The notes beneath the pieces were generated by a model, which saw only the letters and a program-made list of their open reading frames with translations, was not told the DNA's origin and did no database searches. The position numbers and the translations under genes were made by a program. A DNA stretch of 64,000 nucleotides from Octopus vulgaris (Eukaryota), in NCBI GenBank assembly GCA_951406725.2, contig OX597823.1, positions 17,298,001 through 17,362,000 on the forward strand, written 5' to 3'. This document shows, in pieces, positions 37,925 to 51,497 of this stretch. Position 1 is the first letter of the stretch. Every line of letters begins with the position of its first letter.

Positions 37925-38294
37925 TGGTGGTTAGTAGTTGTAATAATCAGTGGTGGGGGTGAGGATGGTTGTAGTAGGGATAGATATAGTAGTAGTGGTA
38001 GGCTGCAAACGATGGCGGTGGTGGTAGTAATTGAAGAGATGATCGTTATGGCTGCAATTTCTTTTATGCGTACTGATGGTTGCTGTGACGAATTTGGTTG
38101 TCTGATGTTGGTGTCGGTGGTTGTAGTGGAGGTGGAGGTTGTCGTGACGATGGTGATGGTGAGTAATTGCAGAGTTGGTGATGACATAATAGTTGTCGTA
38201 TAGGAAGTAGTTGCGATTACAGTGGTGGTGATTGTAGCAGTGGTAATGGTGGTGGAGTTGGTATTAAGGTAGTAGTCATTGTAGAGATGATTGT

Positions 38295-38687
38295 AATTCT
38301 TTTCTACCGCAGGCCCGAAATTTTGGGGGAGGGTACCAGTCGATTAGATCGACCCCAGTGCGTAACTGGTACTTAATTTATCGACCCCAAATAGATGAAA
38401 GGCGAAGTCGAACTCGGCGGAATTTGAACTCAGAACGTAGCGGCAGACGAAATACCTATTTCTTTACTACCCACAAGGGGCTAAACACAGAGAGGACAAA
38501 CAAGGACAGACAAACAGATTAAGTCGATTATATCGACCCCAGTGCGTAACTGGTAATTAATTTATCGACCCCGAAAGGATGAAAGGCAAAATAGACCTCG
38601 GCGGAATTTGAACTCAGAACGTAGCGGCAGACGAAATACCGCTAAGCATTTCGTCCAGTGTGCTAACGATTCTGCCAGCTCGCCGCC
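38295..38687 (-). mobile_element. SINE-M dimer (tail A upstream of tail B)
   Basis: Junction TAAAGAAATA|GGTATTTCGTCTG at 38456/38457. Confidence 0.88.
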
Positions 38688-39256
38688 TTAGAGACGATTG
38701 TAATTGTGATTGAGGTTGTTCTGATGTTGCCAGTTATTGTAGGGGTGTTTGCAGTGGTGGTGATGATAGTGCGGGTGGTAGTTGATGGTATTTCGACAGT
38801 GACCGTAGTCAAGGCAATTGTATTGATGGTAAGGGCGGTCTTGGTAATGGTGGTGATAGTCTTGGGTACAAGTTGATAAAATATGCACCGGTTTTACACA
38901 CTAGAAAGATTCAGTTTACTACGACAACTCCTCAACAAAGATATGGCCTAGAATTGACATTAAAAATTGGAGAAGGAGGGAAGTGGAGTCGTTGTCCTCC
39001 AGTATTTTATACGAGAGCAGCAAGATTGATGAAACAAACTAGGCCTACCATTATTAAAAGAGAGTAAACAGAGAGCTCGGGGGGGGGGGGAAACTTTTGG
39101 GGCCTTTTATACGGCAGATTAATTTGAAACTTCGTGTGTTTTCTTTCCATCGTATCGCTCTCAGTGCTGTTTTTTTTTTACTTTTTGACATTTTAGTACG
39201 TACTTTTCGTTGAATTTTACCTTCTATTTTTCTCGTCCTTGTATTATCCCTAAGGT

Positions 39257-39639
39257 GGAGGCGCAATGGCCCAGTGGTTAGGGCAGCGGACTCGCGGTCA
39301 TAGGATCGCGGTTTCGATTCCCAGACCGGGCATTGTGAGTGTTTATTAAGCGAAAACACCTAAAGCTCCACGAGGCTCCGGCAGGGGATGGTGGTGATCC
39401 CTGCTGTACTCTTTCACCACAGCTTTCTCTCACTCTTACTTCCTGTTTCTGTTGTACCTGTATTTCAAAGGGCCGGCCTTGTCACTCTCTGTGTCACGCT
39501 GAATATCCCTGAGAACTACGTTAAGGGTACACGCGTCTGTGGAGTGCTCAGCCACTTACACGTTAATTTCACGAGCAGGCTGTTCCGTTGATTCGGATCA
39601 ACCGGAACCCTCGTCGTCGTAACCGACGGAGTGCTTCCA
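39257..39639 (+). mobile_element. Full-length tRNA-SINE H1+T1 with a 12-bp TSD
   Basis: A and B boxes intact; TSD ATTATCCCTAAG at 39243-39254 and 39644-39655. Confidence 0.93.
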
Positions 39640-40727
39640 TCCCATTATCCCTAAGATCTTGGTGAACCCTTGTGGCGAACGAAGTGGTAGTTTGGCAAAA
39701 TCGTTAAAGCGTCAGCCAATGTGGTATTTTTTCCGGCTCGTAACTTTCTAAGTTCAAATCCCACGGACATCAACTTTGCTTTTCATCCTTTCGGGTCGAT
39801 AAGTAACAATCAGTTTAGTACTGGGATCGATGGTATCAACTAATCCCCAACCTTTAAAACTGCTGGCCTTGCACCAAGATTTGAAATCATCGAAGGCAGC
39901 GGAAAGGATGCCTTTCAGTATTTCTTCCAAACCTTTACATTCTGAGTTCAAATCCCGCCGGTGTGTGCTTTGCCTACCTTCTCTCCGGGGTCGATAAAAT
40001 AATGTACCAGTCAAGAATTGATGGTTTAGACTAGCTCCTTGTTCCTCAAAATTTCAAGGCTTGTACCCAAATTAGAAATCATTTTTATTGTTATTATTAC
40101 AAAAGTGGTGGATTATCAAAGTCGGTAGAGCGGTGGACAAGTTCAAATCCTTCCCATCGGTATCAATAAAATAAAGTACCAGCCAGGTACTACGGTCAAA
40201 GATATGGATTAACACCATTCTCTAAAACCTGCTGGCTTTCTGTCTAAATTGAAACATTATCCTTTTCGTTTACGACGCACCGTAAAGCAGCGGCGTTCCA
40301 ACAGTTTTAATACTCCTTTTCATCAGCTGAGTTGATTGGAGCAACGTGAAGTGAAGAGCCTTGCTTAAGGACCAAGAATAGAACATCTGATCTTATGGTC
40401 GAGAGCCCAGTTGCTTAACTATCAGGGCAACCACCTTCATATACACACAATACCAGATTATAGAAAATACATTTATATTAGTAGTAGGCATAGTTAAGTG
40501 TGAGTGTGTGCGCGCGTAATTGGATTGGTACCCAATACACATATGAATGGAAAAAGAAAAGCATTCTTCGACATTCATTGAATTTTGTGATACTTAATGA
40601 TATTGCGATATTTTTACGTATACCATTACCATGGGGCTTGCCTTGGCTATCTACGACAACACACACACACACACACACACGTGTGCGCGTGTGCATGCAT
40701 CATACACATACACACACACATATGTGA

Positions 40728-41149
40728 ATCTTTTCTACCCTTGGATCAAGGCCTGAAAATTTTGGGGAAGGGGCCAGTCGATTAGATCGACCTCAGTACA
40801 CAACTGGTACTTAATTCATCGACCCCGAAAGGATGAAAGGCAAAGTCAACTCCGGCAAAATTTGAACTCAGAACATAAAGACAGACGAAATACTGCTAAG
40901 CATTAATCCCGGCGTGCTAACGTTTCTTATTTCTTTACTGCCCACAAGGAGCTAAACACAGAGAGGACAAACAAGGACAGACAAACAAATTAAGTCGATT
41001 ATATCGACCCCAGTGCGTAACTGGTACTTAATTTATCGACCCCGAAAGGATGAAAGGCAAAGTCGACCTCGGCGGAATTTCAACTCAGAACGTAACGGCA
41101 GACGAAATACGGCTACGCATTTCGCCCGGCGTGCTAACGTTTCTGCCAG
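40728..41149 (-). mobile_element. SINE-M dimer (tail A upstream of tail B)
   Basis: Junction TAAAGAAATA|AGAAACGTTAGC at 40927/40928. Confidence 0.88.
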
Positions 41150-41859
41150 TTTTACACACATGTATGAATCTATACACGAACTACTTGCAGCACGCGCAAT
41201 GGAATCTGTCGTTTGGTTTAACATCAGCACTGGTCGGTTTCTTTGAACTCTTGTAGCAGAAGTCCCGTTTGCAAGTATTCTAATTAGGTCTCCGATCTAA
41301 GGCTAGCTCGATATCTTGATACCCCGCTTACAATTACTATAACAGTAACAACCGATGAACTGTGGTATCTAACTCTGTAACACCCCACCAACACCAACAC
41401 CACTACCAGTCTCTGAGACCCCGTAAAAAGGTCATGCTTGCTGCCCTTTCTCCTGTCACTGAACTATTAAATAAATAAAATAACGGTTTTTGGGAAAATA
41501 TAAAGACACATTAGGGGTCAAATGTCAACACGATAAGAAAAGGGGAGGAGGTATGTTTTCGTACCTGTTTTTTTCTCTTTTTCTTTTTAACTTTTAATTT
41601 GGCGGGAAGGCATCGCACATGGTCCTTTATATTTTCCGAACTTCTGAGACTGGCTGGGGATGAGAAGTGTGTGTGTGGGGGGGGGTATTTTCAAATCAGA
41701 GTCTGAGCCCCAGATGTTTAACGGTACCCAAGGAGGAAGTGGCTGTGTTCAACCGTGCAATGGGTCGGATCCACCACCCACGTAGGCCATAGTAAGATTT
41801 GAATTCGGAATGCAATGCACAGGAACAAATGTTGCAATGTTTCCGCCAGTTCACCATCT

Positions 41860-42780
41860 TAGACTCGTGCTTTATTTATCGACCCCAAGAGGACAAAAAT
41901 AAAGTTGATCTCGGCGGGATTTGAACTTAGAATCACGGTGCAGAAATATACTCCGTGTAATGTATTGCGTTCGACGCTTCAACTTTACAGTTTACGTTAT
42001 AATAAAGTTAATGTTATTATAATATTGGTTTCTAATCTAGGCACAACGCCAACAATTTCCTGAGGAGGGGTTGTCGATAACATCCACCACAGTACTTGAT
42101 TGAATCTTTAAGAAGCCCAGAGACATAAAAGGCGAAGTTGACTTTGGTTGGGATTTGAACTCAGAATGTAAAGAGCCGCAAGAAAAACGTAACGCACTTT
42201 GCCCAACGCTCAAAGATTCTGCTAAGTCACTGCCTTTAATAATCCTTTCTAATATAGACACAAGGCCTGAAATTTTGGGGAGGAGGATAGGTGATTACAT
42301 CGACCCCAGTGTATCACTGGTACTTAATTTATCGACCCCCGAAAGGATGAAAGGCAAAGTCGACCTCGGCGGAATTTGAACTCAGAATGCCGCTCAGAAT
42401 TTCGCCCGGCGTACTAACGGCGTACTGCCAGCTCGCGCCGCCTTCCACTGCCTTTAATAGTAGTTTCTAATTTAGACACAAAGCCAGCACTTTTTTTGGG
42501 GGAGGACTTAATTGATATCATCGGAACCAGTGCTTGACTGGTACTTTATTTTATCGACCCTGGAGGCATGAAAGGCAAAGCCAGAAATTTTAGGTCAAGG
42601 GGTAAGTCAGTTACATCGACCCTAGTGTTCAACTAGTACTTTATTTTATCGACCTCGAAAGAATGAAAGGCAAAGTCGATTTCGGTGGAATTTGAACTCG
42701 GAACGTAAAGAGCCGGAAGAAATGCTGCTAAGTTTTTTTTTTGTTCGACGCGCAAACGATTCTGTGAGGTCACCGCCTCT
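41860..42780 (-). mobile_element. Pile of tandem, variably degraded SINE-M copies
   Basis: Repeated TTATCGACCCC...AAAGGCAAAGTCGA...TTTGAACTC units; best copy at 42240-42443. Confidence 0.75.
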
Positions 42781-43252
42781 GACAATTTTACAATAACAAA
42801 GATAATAAAATATTACCATAAAAAAAAACAATCAACAATAAACAAACAAACAAAAAAAGGCGCTGACAAGTGGTTTTGCGTTCAGTTCCTTTGCGCACAT
42901 ATTGCGCGAGTATCTTCTGCTAGAAACCCAGCCCGTGTGTGTGTGTGTGTGTGAGTGTGTGCACGCGTGCGCGCTTCCCTCACCGATTGACTACCAGCGT
43001 TGGTTTGTTTATGTCTCCCGTAACTTAGTAGTCCAGCTGAAGAACGATGGAATATATATCAGACTTATTATAAACAAATAAATAATAAATAAAAAAACTA
43101 GGGTTGATTTTATCAACTAAATCCTTCAAAACGGTGCTCCAGTATGGCCGTAATCCCAAAACTGAAAGAGAGTGTAAGGAAGGTGGCGACCTGGCCGAAT
43201 CGTTAGCATACCGAGCAAAATGGTCCGTTTTTATGCTCTGAGTTCAAATACC

Positions 43253-43473
43253 TATTTCTTTATTACCCACAAGGGGCTAAACACAGAGGGGACAAACATA
43301 GGTATTAAGTCGATTACATCGACCCCAGTGCGTAACTGGTACTTAATTTATCGACCCCGAAAGGATGAAAGGCAAAGTCCACCTCGGCGGAATTTGAACT
43401 CACAACATAACGACAGACGAAATACGGCTACGCACTTCGCCCGGCGTGCTAACGATTCTGCCAGCTCGCCGCC
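43253..43473 (-). mobile_element. SINE-M tail A inserted antisense into an older SINE-M (about 43180-43590, +)
   Basis: TSD AGTTCAAATAC at 43241-43251 and 43488-43498. Confidence 0.85.
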
Positions 43474-43675
43474 GAGGTATTGAACTCAGTTCAAATACTT
43501 TTCGGGGTCGATAAAAAAAGTACCATTTGGACACTGGGGTCGATGTAATCGGCTTACCCGTTACTCCTCAAACTGCTGGCCTTGTGCCAAAATATGAGAT
43601 CGATATAAATACAAAGAGGTCAATATATATTACTATGGGTAGTGGCGTAGGTGTATATATTGTCTAATATATAAA

Positions 43676-43907
43676 GGCGGCGAGCTGGCAGAAACGTTAT
43701 CACGCCGGGCGAAATGCGTAAGCCGTATTTCGTCTGCCGTTACGTTCTGAGTTCAAATTCCGCCGAGGTCGACTTTGCCTTTCATCCTTTCCGGGTCGAT
43801 TAAATAAGTACCAGTTACGCACTGGGGTCGATGTAATCGACTTAATCCGTTTGTCTGTCCTTGTTCGTCCCCTCTGTGTTTAGCCCCTTGTGGGTAGTAA
43901 AGAAATA
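43676..43907 (+). mobile_element. SINE-M tail A, full length
   Basis: TSD GTATATATTGTCTA at 43653-43666 and 43909-43922. Confidence 0.92.
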
Positions 43908-44345
43908 GGTATATATTGTCTATGTAGATTCCAGTCCCTGGGTGATAATAGTCCATTACTCTGGTTCCTCTATCCCAATCTTAATTTAACGACCATTCGC
44001 CCTTTCATCCGAAAGAAAAGGAAAAGAAGAATAAATTAAAAAAAAAGAAGAAAAAAGGCAAAAATGACCTCGGCAGGATTCGAACCCAGAATGTAAAATG
44101 TGCTACTGTCAGCCGCTATACTGAAATAGCTTATCTTCTCGTTTCTTCATACATCGTTTAAAGGACCATAAAATTTAATGGATGGTGGGGGACAGAAGAT
44201 GGAGAGTTTGATGAATTTAAAGTCCTTGGTATCACCGCCCTCCTCCACCACATAGTCTTAAGTGTTGTGTATATTAAGGTCTCGGAAATTAGGAAAATGC
44301 AAAGGGCGAGAGGCTTGTTAGGGGTCGAGGCAGAGATGATGGTAT

Positions 44346-44564
44346 GGTAGCGAGTTGGCAGAAACGTTAGCACGCCGGGCGAAATGCGTAGCCGTATTTC
44401 GTCTGCCGTTACGTTGTGAGTTCAAATTCCGCCGAGGTCAACTTTGCCTTTCATCCTTTCGGGGTCGATTAAATAAGTACCAGTTACGCACTGGGGTCGA
44501 TATAATCGAATTAATCCGTTTGTTTGTCCTCTGTGTTTAGCCCCTTGTGGGTAGTAAAGAAATA
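44346..44564 (+). mobile_element. SINE-M tail A
   Basis: TSD GGTATGGTAGCGA at 44341-44353 and 44565-44577. Confidence 0.92.
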
Positions 44565-46438
44565 GGTATGGTAGCGATGAAATGCTGTGACGTTCGTGCA
44601 TTTCTCAACAACTCAAGCACGGGGAGCCTGTAGTTTATTGTTCGACCAGTTAGAAATAGCAACTAAAGTCTTCCCTACCTTAAAAAAAAATGTAAGGATC
44701 ACACTGAATAAAGTAGTCCTCGAAAGCAGAGTAGACGGCGAAAAGATAAACAAACAAACAAACAAATAATAATAATAATAATAATAATAATAATTATGGA
44801 AAGTCACGGCTGGAATGACGCTGATTATAGTATCTGCTCGACCCAGATGAAACCTAGGGCTGAATAGCTAAATATTTAACATGAACAACAACAGTAAAAA
44901 CAATGATAATGAGAATTATTGAAATTAACAATATACATATAAAGGTGGATGCTCCAACATGGCCGCAGTCAAATGACTGAAACAAGTAAAAGAGTAAAAG
45001 AGTATATAGGTTTGCGTTTTTCATGCTCGCTTAGCTCTTTGTATATTTTGTTTTTAAAAAAGAATATACATACCTGTATATCTTTCATGAGGTAAAGTTT
45101 GTCTGGTCTCTGGTACCCAACAGCTGGCTGCGAGTATTATTAAATGACTGTGTTTATATATCTACCTCTGTATATATATACACATATATATATAAATATC
45201 TATATATATATATATGAATGTAGATCTGTCTATATATATATATATGAATGCGTGTGTGGTGTATATGCGATTGTTGGACTGTTGCTGACAAATGTACAGC
45301 GATTAAAATACAGGGTTTTCTTGCTCCGTAGCGTAACTAGGTATCATAATAAACATCGAGAACCTATATACATATATATATATATATGTGTGTGTGTGTG
45401 TATGAATGTGTGTGAGTGTGTGTATGTGTATCAAAATGTGTGTGTCTGCATGCATGTATGTATGTAATATTCTGGGAATTAAGTTCTTTACACAGTTCAA
45501 ACCGGTTACAACCAGTGTGTGCTTGTGTGCATGAGTGTATGTGCACGTGTAAGCGTATGTGTGTGTAATGTGTGTAATCTGTGTTGTGTTGTGTGTGTGT
45601 GTGTGTGTGTGTTGTGTGTGTAATGTTTGTGTGTTGTGTGTTGTGTGTTGTGTGTGTGTGTAATGTTTGTGTGTTGTGTGTGTGTGTAATGTTTGTGTGT
45701 TGTGTGTGTGTGTGTGTAATGTGTGTGTGTGTGTGTGTGTGTGTATAATGTTTGTGTTGTGTGTGAGTGTAAAGTTTGTATGTTGTGTGTGTGTGTCTAA
45801 TGTTTGCGTGTTGTGTGTGTGTGATTGTTCTTAAATATTTATGAATGAATGTATGTATGTGTATATATATATATATATATGGTTGCCTGTTTAAATATAT
45901 GTGTATGTTTGTATGAATGTATGTTTGTGTATTATATGAAGAAAAAAACTAAAAACAAAAAAAAAAGTGTGAACTAAGGAAGGACATCCAACTCTGTTGT
46001 ATGAGGAAAAGACGAAGGCAAAGAGAAATAGAGAGAGAGTGAAACAAAGAGTGAGAGAGAGAGAGAAAGGGAGGAGAGAAGGGCTAGGTCGGAGAAAGTG
46101 GATAGAGAGAGAGAGAGAGAGAGATTGATATTAATAAGAAAAAGAAAAGTAAAAACCATAGCGAAGGGAAGGGAGATTATGATGTAAGCCGAGAAAGAGA
46201 GGAGAGAGACGTTTTAATGCATGCACCAAAAAGTAACATGAGAGAGAGAGAGAGAGAGGGATAGGAGGGAAGAAGAAGAAGAGAGAGAGAGAGATCTAAG
46301 CAGACGAGACACGTTTTTAATAAAAAGAGAGACAAGGAGGGAGAGACAGGATAAATTTCTGTAACAAATTCGTAGAAATGTAGGTAGCTACATTGAAATA
46401 GACTGATAAAATCAAAAAAAAAAAGGAGCGAAAACTGT

Positions 46439-46473
<35 letters not shown>

Positions 46474-46630
46474 ATTAGATAGGTAGATAGAACAAAGATA
46501 TGAGATGTTATAAGAAAAGACAGTGGTGGTGGTGGTGGTGGTGGTGGGAGGGGGGTTGATAGTGTGTGATGCTGGCTGTGATTGCTGGCTGGCTGGCTGG
46601 CTGGTTGGTTGGTCGGGCTGGTTGGCTTAC

Positions 46631-46758
46631 CGTACCCACTTTCGTTCAGCCAGTCAGTGCTTTTTATACTGTTTGTTATCAGATGTAAAGACACTGCATT
46701 TGTGTACTTGTCATGCTAAGTAAGAACCTATTGTACCCTGCCCAAGCGCTTATTCGGC
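46631..46758 (-). other. Candidate non-coding upstream exon; 5' boundary unknown
   Basis: Unique sequence ending in a strong minus-strand donor TACG|GTAAGC at 46630, lying between a CA satellite and GA-rich tracts. Confidence 0.2.
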
Positions 46759-46785
46759 ACACACACACACACACACACACACTAA

Positions 46786-46841
<56 letters not shown>

Positions 46842-47158
46842 ATCACACATACACAAACACACACAAACACACACACACACAAACAAACATACACAAGCAC
46901 ACACACACAAACAAACACACATACACAAACAAACACACATAAACAAACACACACAAACAAACACACACAAACAACACACACACAAACACACACACAAACA
47001 CACACACACACACAAACAAACACACAAACAAACACACACAAACACACACACACACACACACAAACAAACAAACAAACACACACACACACACACAATCGCA
47101 CAAACACACACACACAAACAAACACACACAAACGCACACACACACAAACACACACAAA

Positions 47159-47206
<48 letters not shown>

Positions 47207-47212
47207 CACAAA

Positions 47213-47254
<42 letters not shown>

Positions 47255-47452
47255 AACACACACAAACAAACACACACAAACAAACACACATACACAAACA
47301 AACGCACACACACACACATGAACAAACACACACACACACATGGACAAACACACACACACAAACACACACACACACACACACACACTTCACAAACACACAC
47401 ACACACACACACAAACACACACACGCACACAAACAAACACACATACACACAC
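46758..47452. repeat. Compound (CA)n/(CAAA)n satellite, ~700 bp
   Basis: Directly visible; source of the CVCV/HTHT ORFs. Confidence 0.97.
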
Positions 47453-47672
47453 TTGTTCGCAAATACGCTTAAATATATTCAAGCAAAACTGCGTGTATGT
47501 ATGTGTATATATATATATATATATATAAATAATATATATATATATATAAATAAATAAATAATATATATATATATATAAACAAATGAACGCGCATACACAC
47601 ACGCACATTTAATATATCCGCGTATGAGTATGTGTGCACACTTAAGTATTTATTTATGTGCGAGTGTATATA

Positions 47673-48114
47673 GTATGTATGTATGGATGGATGGGTGGGT
47701 AGATGGTTGTGTGTGTATGTGTGTGTACGTGTACGTGTGTTTACATATAAATTGCAAATGATAGGACAACACACACACACACACACACAGACACACACAG
47801 ACACACACACACATTTAGGAGGCTGTTATAGTCGGTCAGCGAATGACCGTTGGTTTCGCGCCGATAAAGCGCTCAGCTGTTTAGGTAACACATCAAACTC
47901 AAATGGCAGGAGGCATTTAGCGGTTCGGCAAAAGAGACCGATAGAATAAGTACTAGGCTTACAAAGAATAAGTTCCGGGGTCGATTTGCTCGACAAAAGG
48001 TGGTGCTCCAGCATGGCCGTATGTATGTATGGATGGATGGGTGGGTAGATGGTTGTGTGTGTATGTGTGTGTACGTGTACGTGTGTTTACGTATAAATTG
48101 CAAATGATAGGACA

Positions 48115-48147
<33 letters not shown>

Positions 48148-48734
48148 GACACACACAGACACACACACACACATTTAGGAGGCTGTTATAGTCGGTCAGC
48201 GAATGACCGTTGGTTTCGCGCCGATAAAGCGCTCAGCTGTTTAGGTAACACATCAAACTCAAATGGCAGGAGGCATTTAGCGGTTCGGCAAAAGAGACCG
48301 ATAGAATAAGTACTAGGCTTACAAAGAATAAGTTCCGGGGTCGATTTGCTCGACAAAAGGTGGTGCTCCAGCATGGCCGTATGTATGTATGGATGGATGG
48401 GTGGGTAGATGGTTGTGTGTGTATGTGTGTGTACGTGTACGTGTGTTTACATATAAATTGCAAATGATAGGACAACACACACACACACACACACAGACAC
48501 ACACAGACACACACACACACACACACACATTTAGGAGGCTGTTATAGTCGGTCAGCGAATGACCGTTGGTTTCGCGCCGATAAAGCGCTCAGCTGTTTAG
48601 GTAACACATCAAACTCAAATGGCAGGAGGCATTTAGCGGTTCGGCAAAAGAGACCGATAGAATAAGTACTAGGCTTACAAAGAATAAGTTCCGGGGTCGA
48701 TTTGCTCGACAAAAGGTGGTGCTCCAGCATGGCC
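47673..48734 (+). repeat. Tandem triplication, ~350-360-bp unit containing a CORE-SINE tail fragment
   Basis: Units start at 47673, 48019 and 48379; nearly identical apart from the CA tract; only the last continues into the complete SINE tail. Confidence 0.95.
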
Positions 48735-49366
48735 GCAGTCAAATGACTGAAACCAGTAAAAGAATAAAAGAATAAAAGAATATAACCTCTCTACCATCGG
48801 AGGGAGGAAATCGTTATGGTCAGTTAATTTACATGTATGTATGTATGTATGTATGTATGTATGTATGTATGTATGTATGTATGTATGTATGTATGTATGT
48901 GTGTGTGTGTCTGTGTGTCCGTGTGTTTCTACAGTACTTACTACAATTCTTTCGTGCTAGGTCAGTCTCAGTTGAGCATACTTATGTCTAAAGTTGTTTA
49001 ATCCGTGGTCATTCAGCCCTTTTCAGGTGTAGTGTATATACAACGCCATTTCCTTTATTTTTAAATACTATTGTGTGAAATGAGGGTAATTTGGCTGGTA
49101 TTTTTAGCAAGCTGAGCGGCCACATGGAGGTACCATTGTTGGCTTGTGTGTACTGTGTAAGTAGTATATCAAACATCTGTCTATGTACCTGCCGCATACA
49201 ACAGGTATCATTTACATATTTACAATAACACTGATATAATATTACGCCCATAAATGCGCATAATTACATGTAGTGTGTCTGTGTAAATGTATATATGCAT
49301 ATATCTATTACATGTTTGTATAATATATATTATATGTATCAAATATGTGTTACATAATATATATTA

Positions 49367-49665
49367 CTAGCAGTATCGCCCGGCGTTGCTCGGGTTTGTA
49401 AGGGAAATAACTATATAAGCATTTTTGGAGAGTTACTTCCCTTATATAATAGCGAAAAAATGCATTAAAAATGGGAAAAAAATGATGGTAATTTTTTTTT
49501 TAATCGGAGACTCATTGTAGACGCACGCTAATACCCAGAAGGGCTCGATATGAATCACGACTATAAGATACCCGGTTTTGGTTAAACTGCACCGCAAAAT
49601 GTGGGAGTAGTTAGGAATCTAAATCGTAGGAGACAGACACACAACCTTACTTTTATATATATTGA
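49367..49665 (-). mobile_element. Non-autonomous Helitron, shorter variant
   Basis: Same family as 18380-18757; CTAG terminus at 49367. Confidence 0.82.
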
Positions 49666-50005
49666 ATATTTCATTGTATATAATTGCATATTATTGACTA
49701 TAATCGGCGTCGGAAATTTTTTTAGTCAGCAGCAATTCGAGGAACTTGATTAATGTTTGTTGTAAGTTTGGAGGAATGTAACTGGATACTCTTTAAGTTA
49801 CGGGTCTTGTCCCCGCGAAAATTCTTTGAAAATGGGGTTTATCTGCCCCTGGGCCCTCATTAGGCAAGAAGTCGAAAATGTTTTTGACCCATGATACTCC
49901 ACGGACCCGATGTAATGCATGTGTAACATTCCATTAACATTGGTTGTGTGGATCTCGAGTTTTAACGACATGACAAACACACAGGCAGACACATATCCTG
50001 TGTTA

Positions 50006-50078
<73 letters not shown>

Positions 50079-50768
50079 GCGTGTGTATGCTTATAGGCTT
50101 GGAGACGTATATGTACGCGTGTATGTGGGTGTATGTATCCATGATGACATGTATGTACTAGAAGTCCATTTAATTCAAGGAACCAGATTAAATGCTCATC
50201 AGCTCTGATTTACAACGCATTAAGTCCCCAGACAAAACTGTTGATTTACTGACAGTTCTATAACTAAATTTTATCAATCTCCTGACCACCATGCTTGGTC
50301 CGTAACCTCTATACATCCCTTATCTTTACATTCTTTTACACTTTTATCATGTTTTTATCATGTTCTTTTACTTTTTTTACTTTTATTTCTATCTCTATTT
50401 TTACTTTATAACCTTATGCCCTTACATTTATTTATATTTCTTTATATTTCTTTATACCCCCTTTACATCTCCTTACAACTCTTTATATCTTTATCCTCTA
50501 CATTTTTATATTATTCTATACTTACACTTTTTATATATATTTTTTATCCCTCGTCCCGAAATCTCGCCCCTCCATCTTCACCTCTATATATGTATTTATT
50601 TATTTACATTACCTCAACATCCAATTTTCCTCATTCTACATTGAGAGAAGAAAGGGATGGACGCTTCAATTCTATGCTGCTGCCGCATTATGTCGTACGT
50701 GAACGAGAGGATTTGCATCCCCAACCAAGAATTTTTGATGTAACACATGTCCTTGTGGAAGCTGTTGT

Positions 50769-50850
50769 GCGCAGCTGAAGAAGGCCACAGACATACATTA
50801 TGCTTTGTTATAAATCTGTCTAATAAAGGCCCGAAACATATGTACCGCTG
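50769..50850 (+). ncRNA. Minimal type-I hammerhead-like motif in a probable Penelope-like terminal region (about 50160-50885)
   Basis: gcgcag-CTGAAGA-a-ggcc...ggcc-c-GAAA-catatg-TA-ccgctg: intact core, palindromic stem III, imperfect stem I. Confidence 0.55.
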
Positions 50851-50903
50851 AATCCTTCGCATCATGTTTTTATTTTATTTTGATCAATTTTATCTATCTA
50901 TCT

Positions 50904-50942
<39 letters not shown>

Positions 50943-51024
50943 TATATAGATAGATAGATATACACACGCAAATGTGAGTGCGTGTTATAAATAATATTCA
51001 CATACACAGGCATACACACATGTG

Positions 51025-51062
<38 letters not shown>

Positions 51063-51461
51063 TATGTGCTCACGTGCGCTGATATAGGGTTTCACCTGTC
51101 CTCTTATCCAACCAGACACCTTGAATACAATAAAAAACATTTAATTCTATTTATATTTCGCAAATGCTTTAGAACGTCAATAAACTCATGAACCATAAAA
51201 TTGTATTAAATTTACTCCTGTCTTTCTTGATTTATGACGATTTTTACACGTTTTTTTTTCTTCACGATGGTATTTCGGAAACTTACAAATTCAGAAAATC
51301 GCTGGTTTCAAATGTGTTCAATCATCCGGATGCGGTAGTATTTATTGAGACATACATTATCCTTAGTAATCGAAGTATTTCAGCGCATACTTTGTGATCT
51401 TTCAGCGTAAAATTACAAAACAATTACTATGATATCCTTGATTGAGAAAATATTCTGTGAG

Positions 51462-51497
<36 letters not shown>

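Noticed and set aside
37925-38870. Gly/Val/Thr/His-rich ORFs in a GGT/GAT-rich tract
   Set aside because: Decayed trinucleotide repeat interrupted by a SINE dimer, with stops in all frames.
39257-39330. tRNA-like sequence with A and B boxes
   Set aside because: It is a SINE head continuing into the SINE body, with a TSD; no complete cloverleaf.
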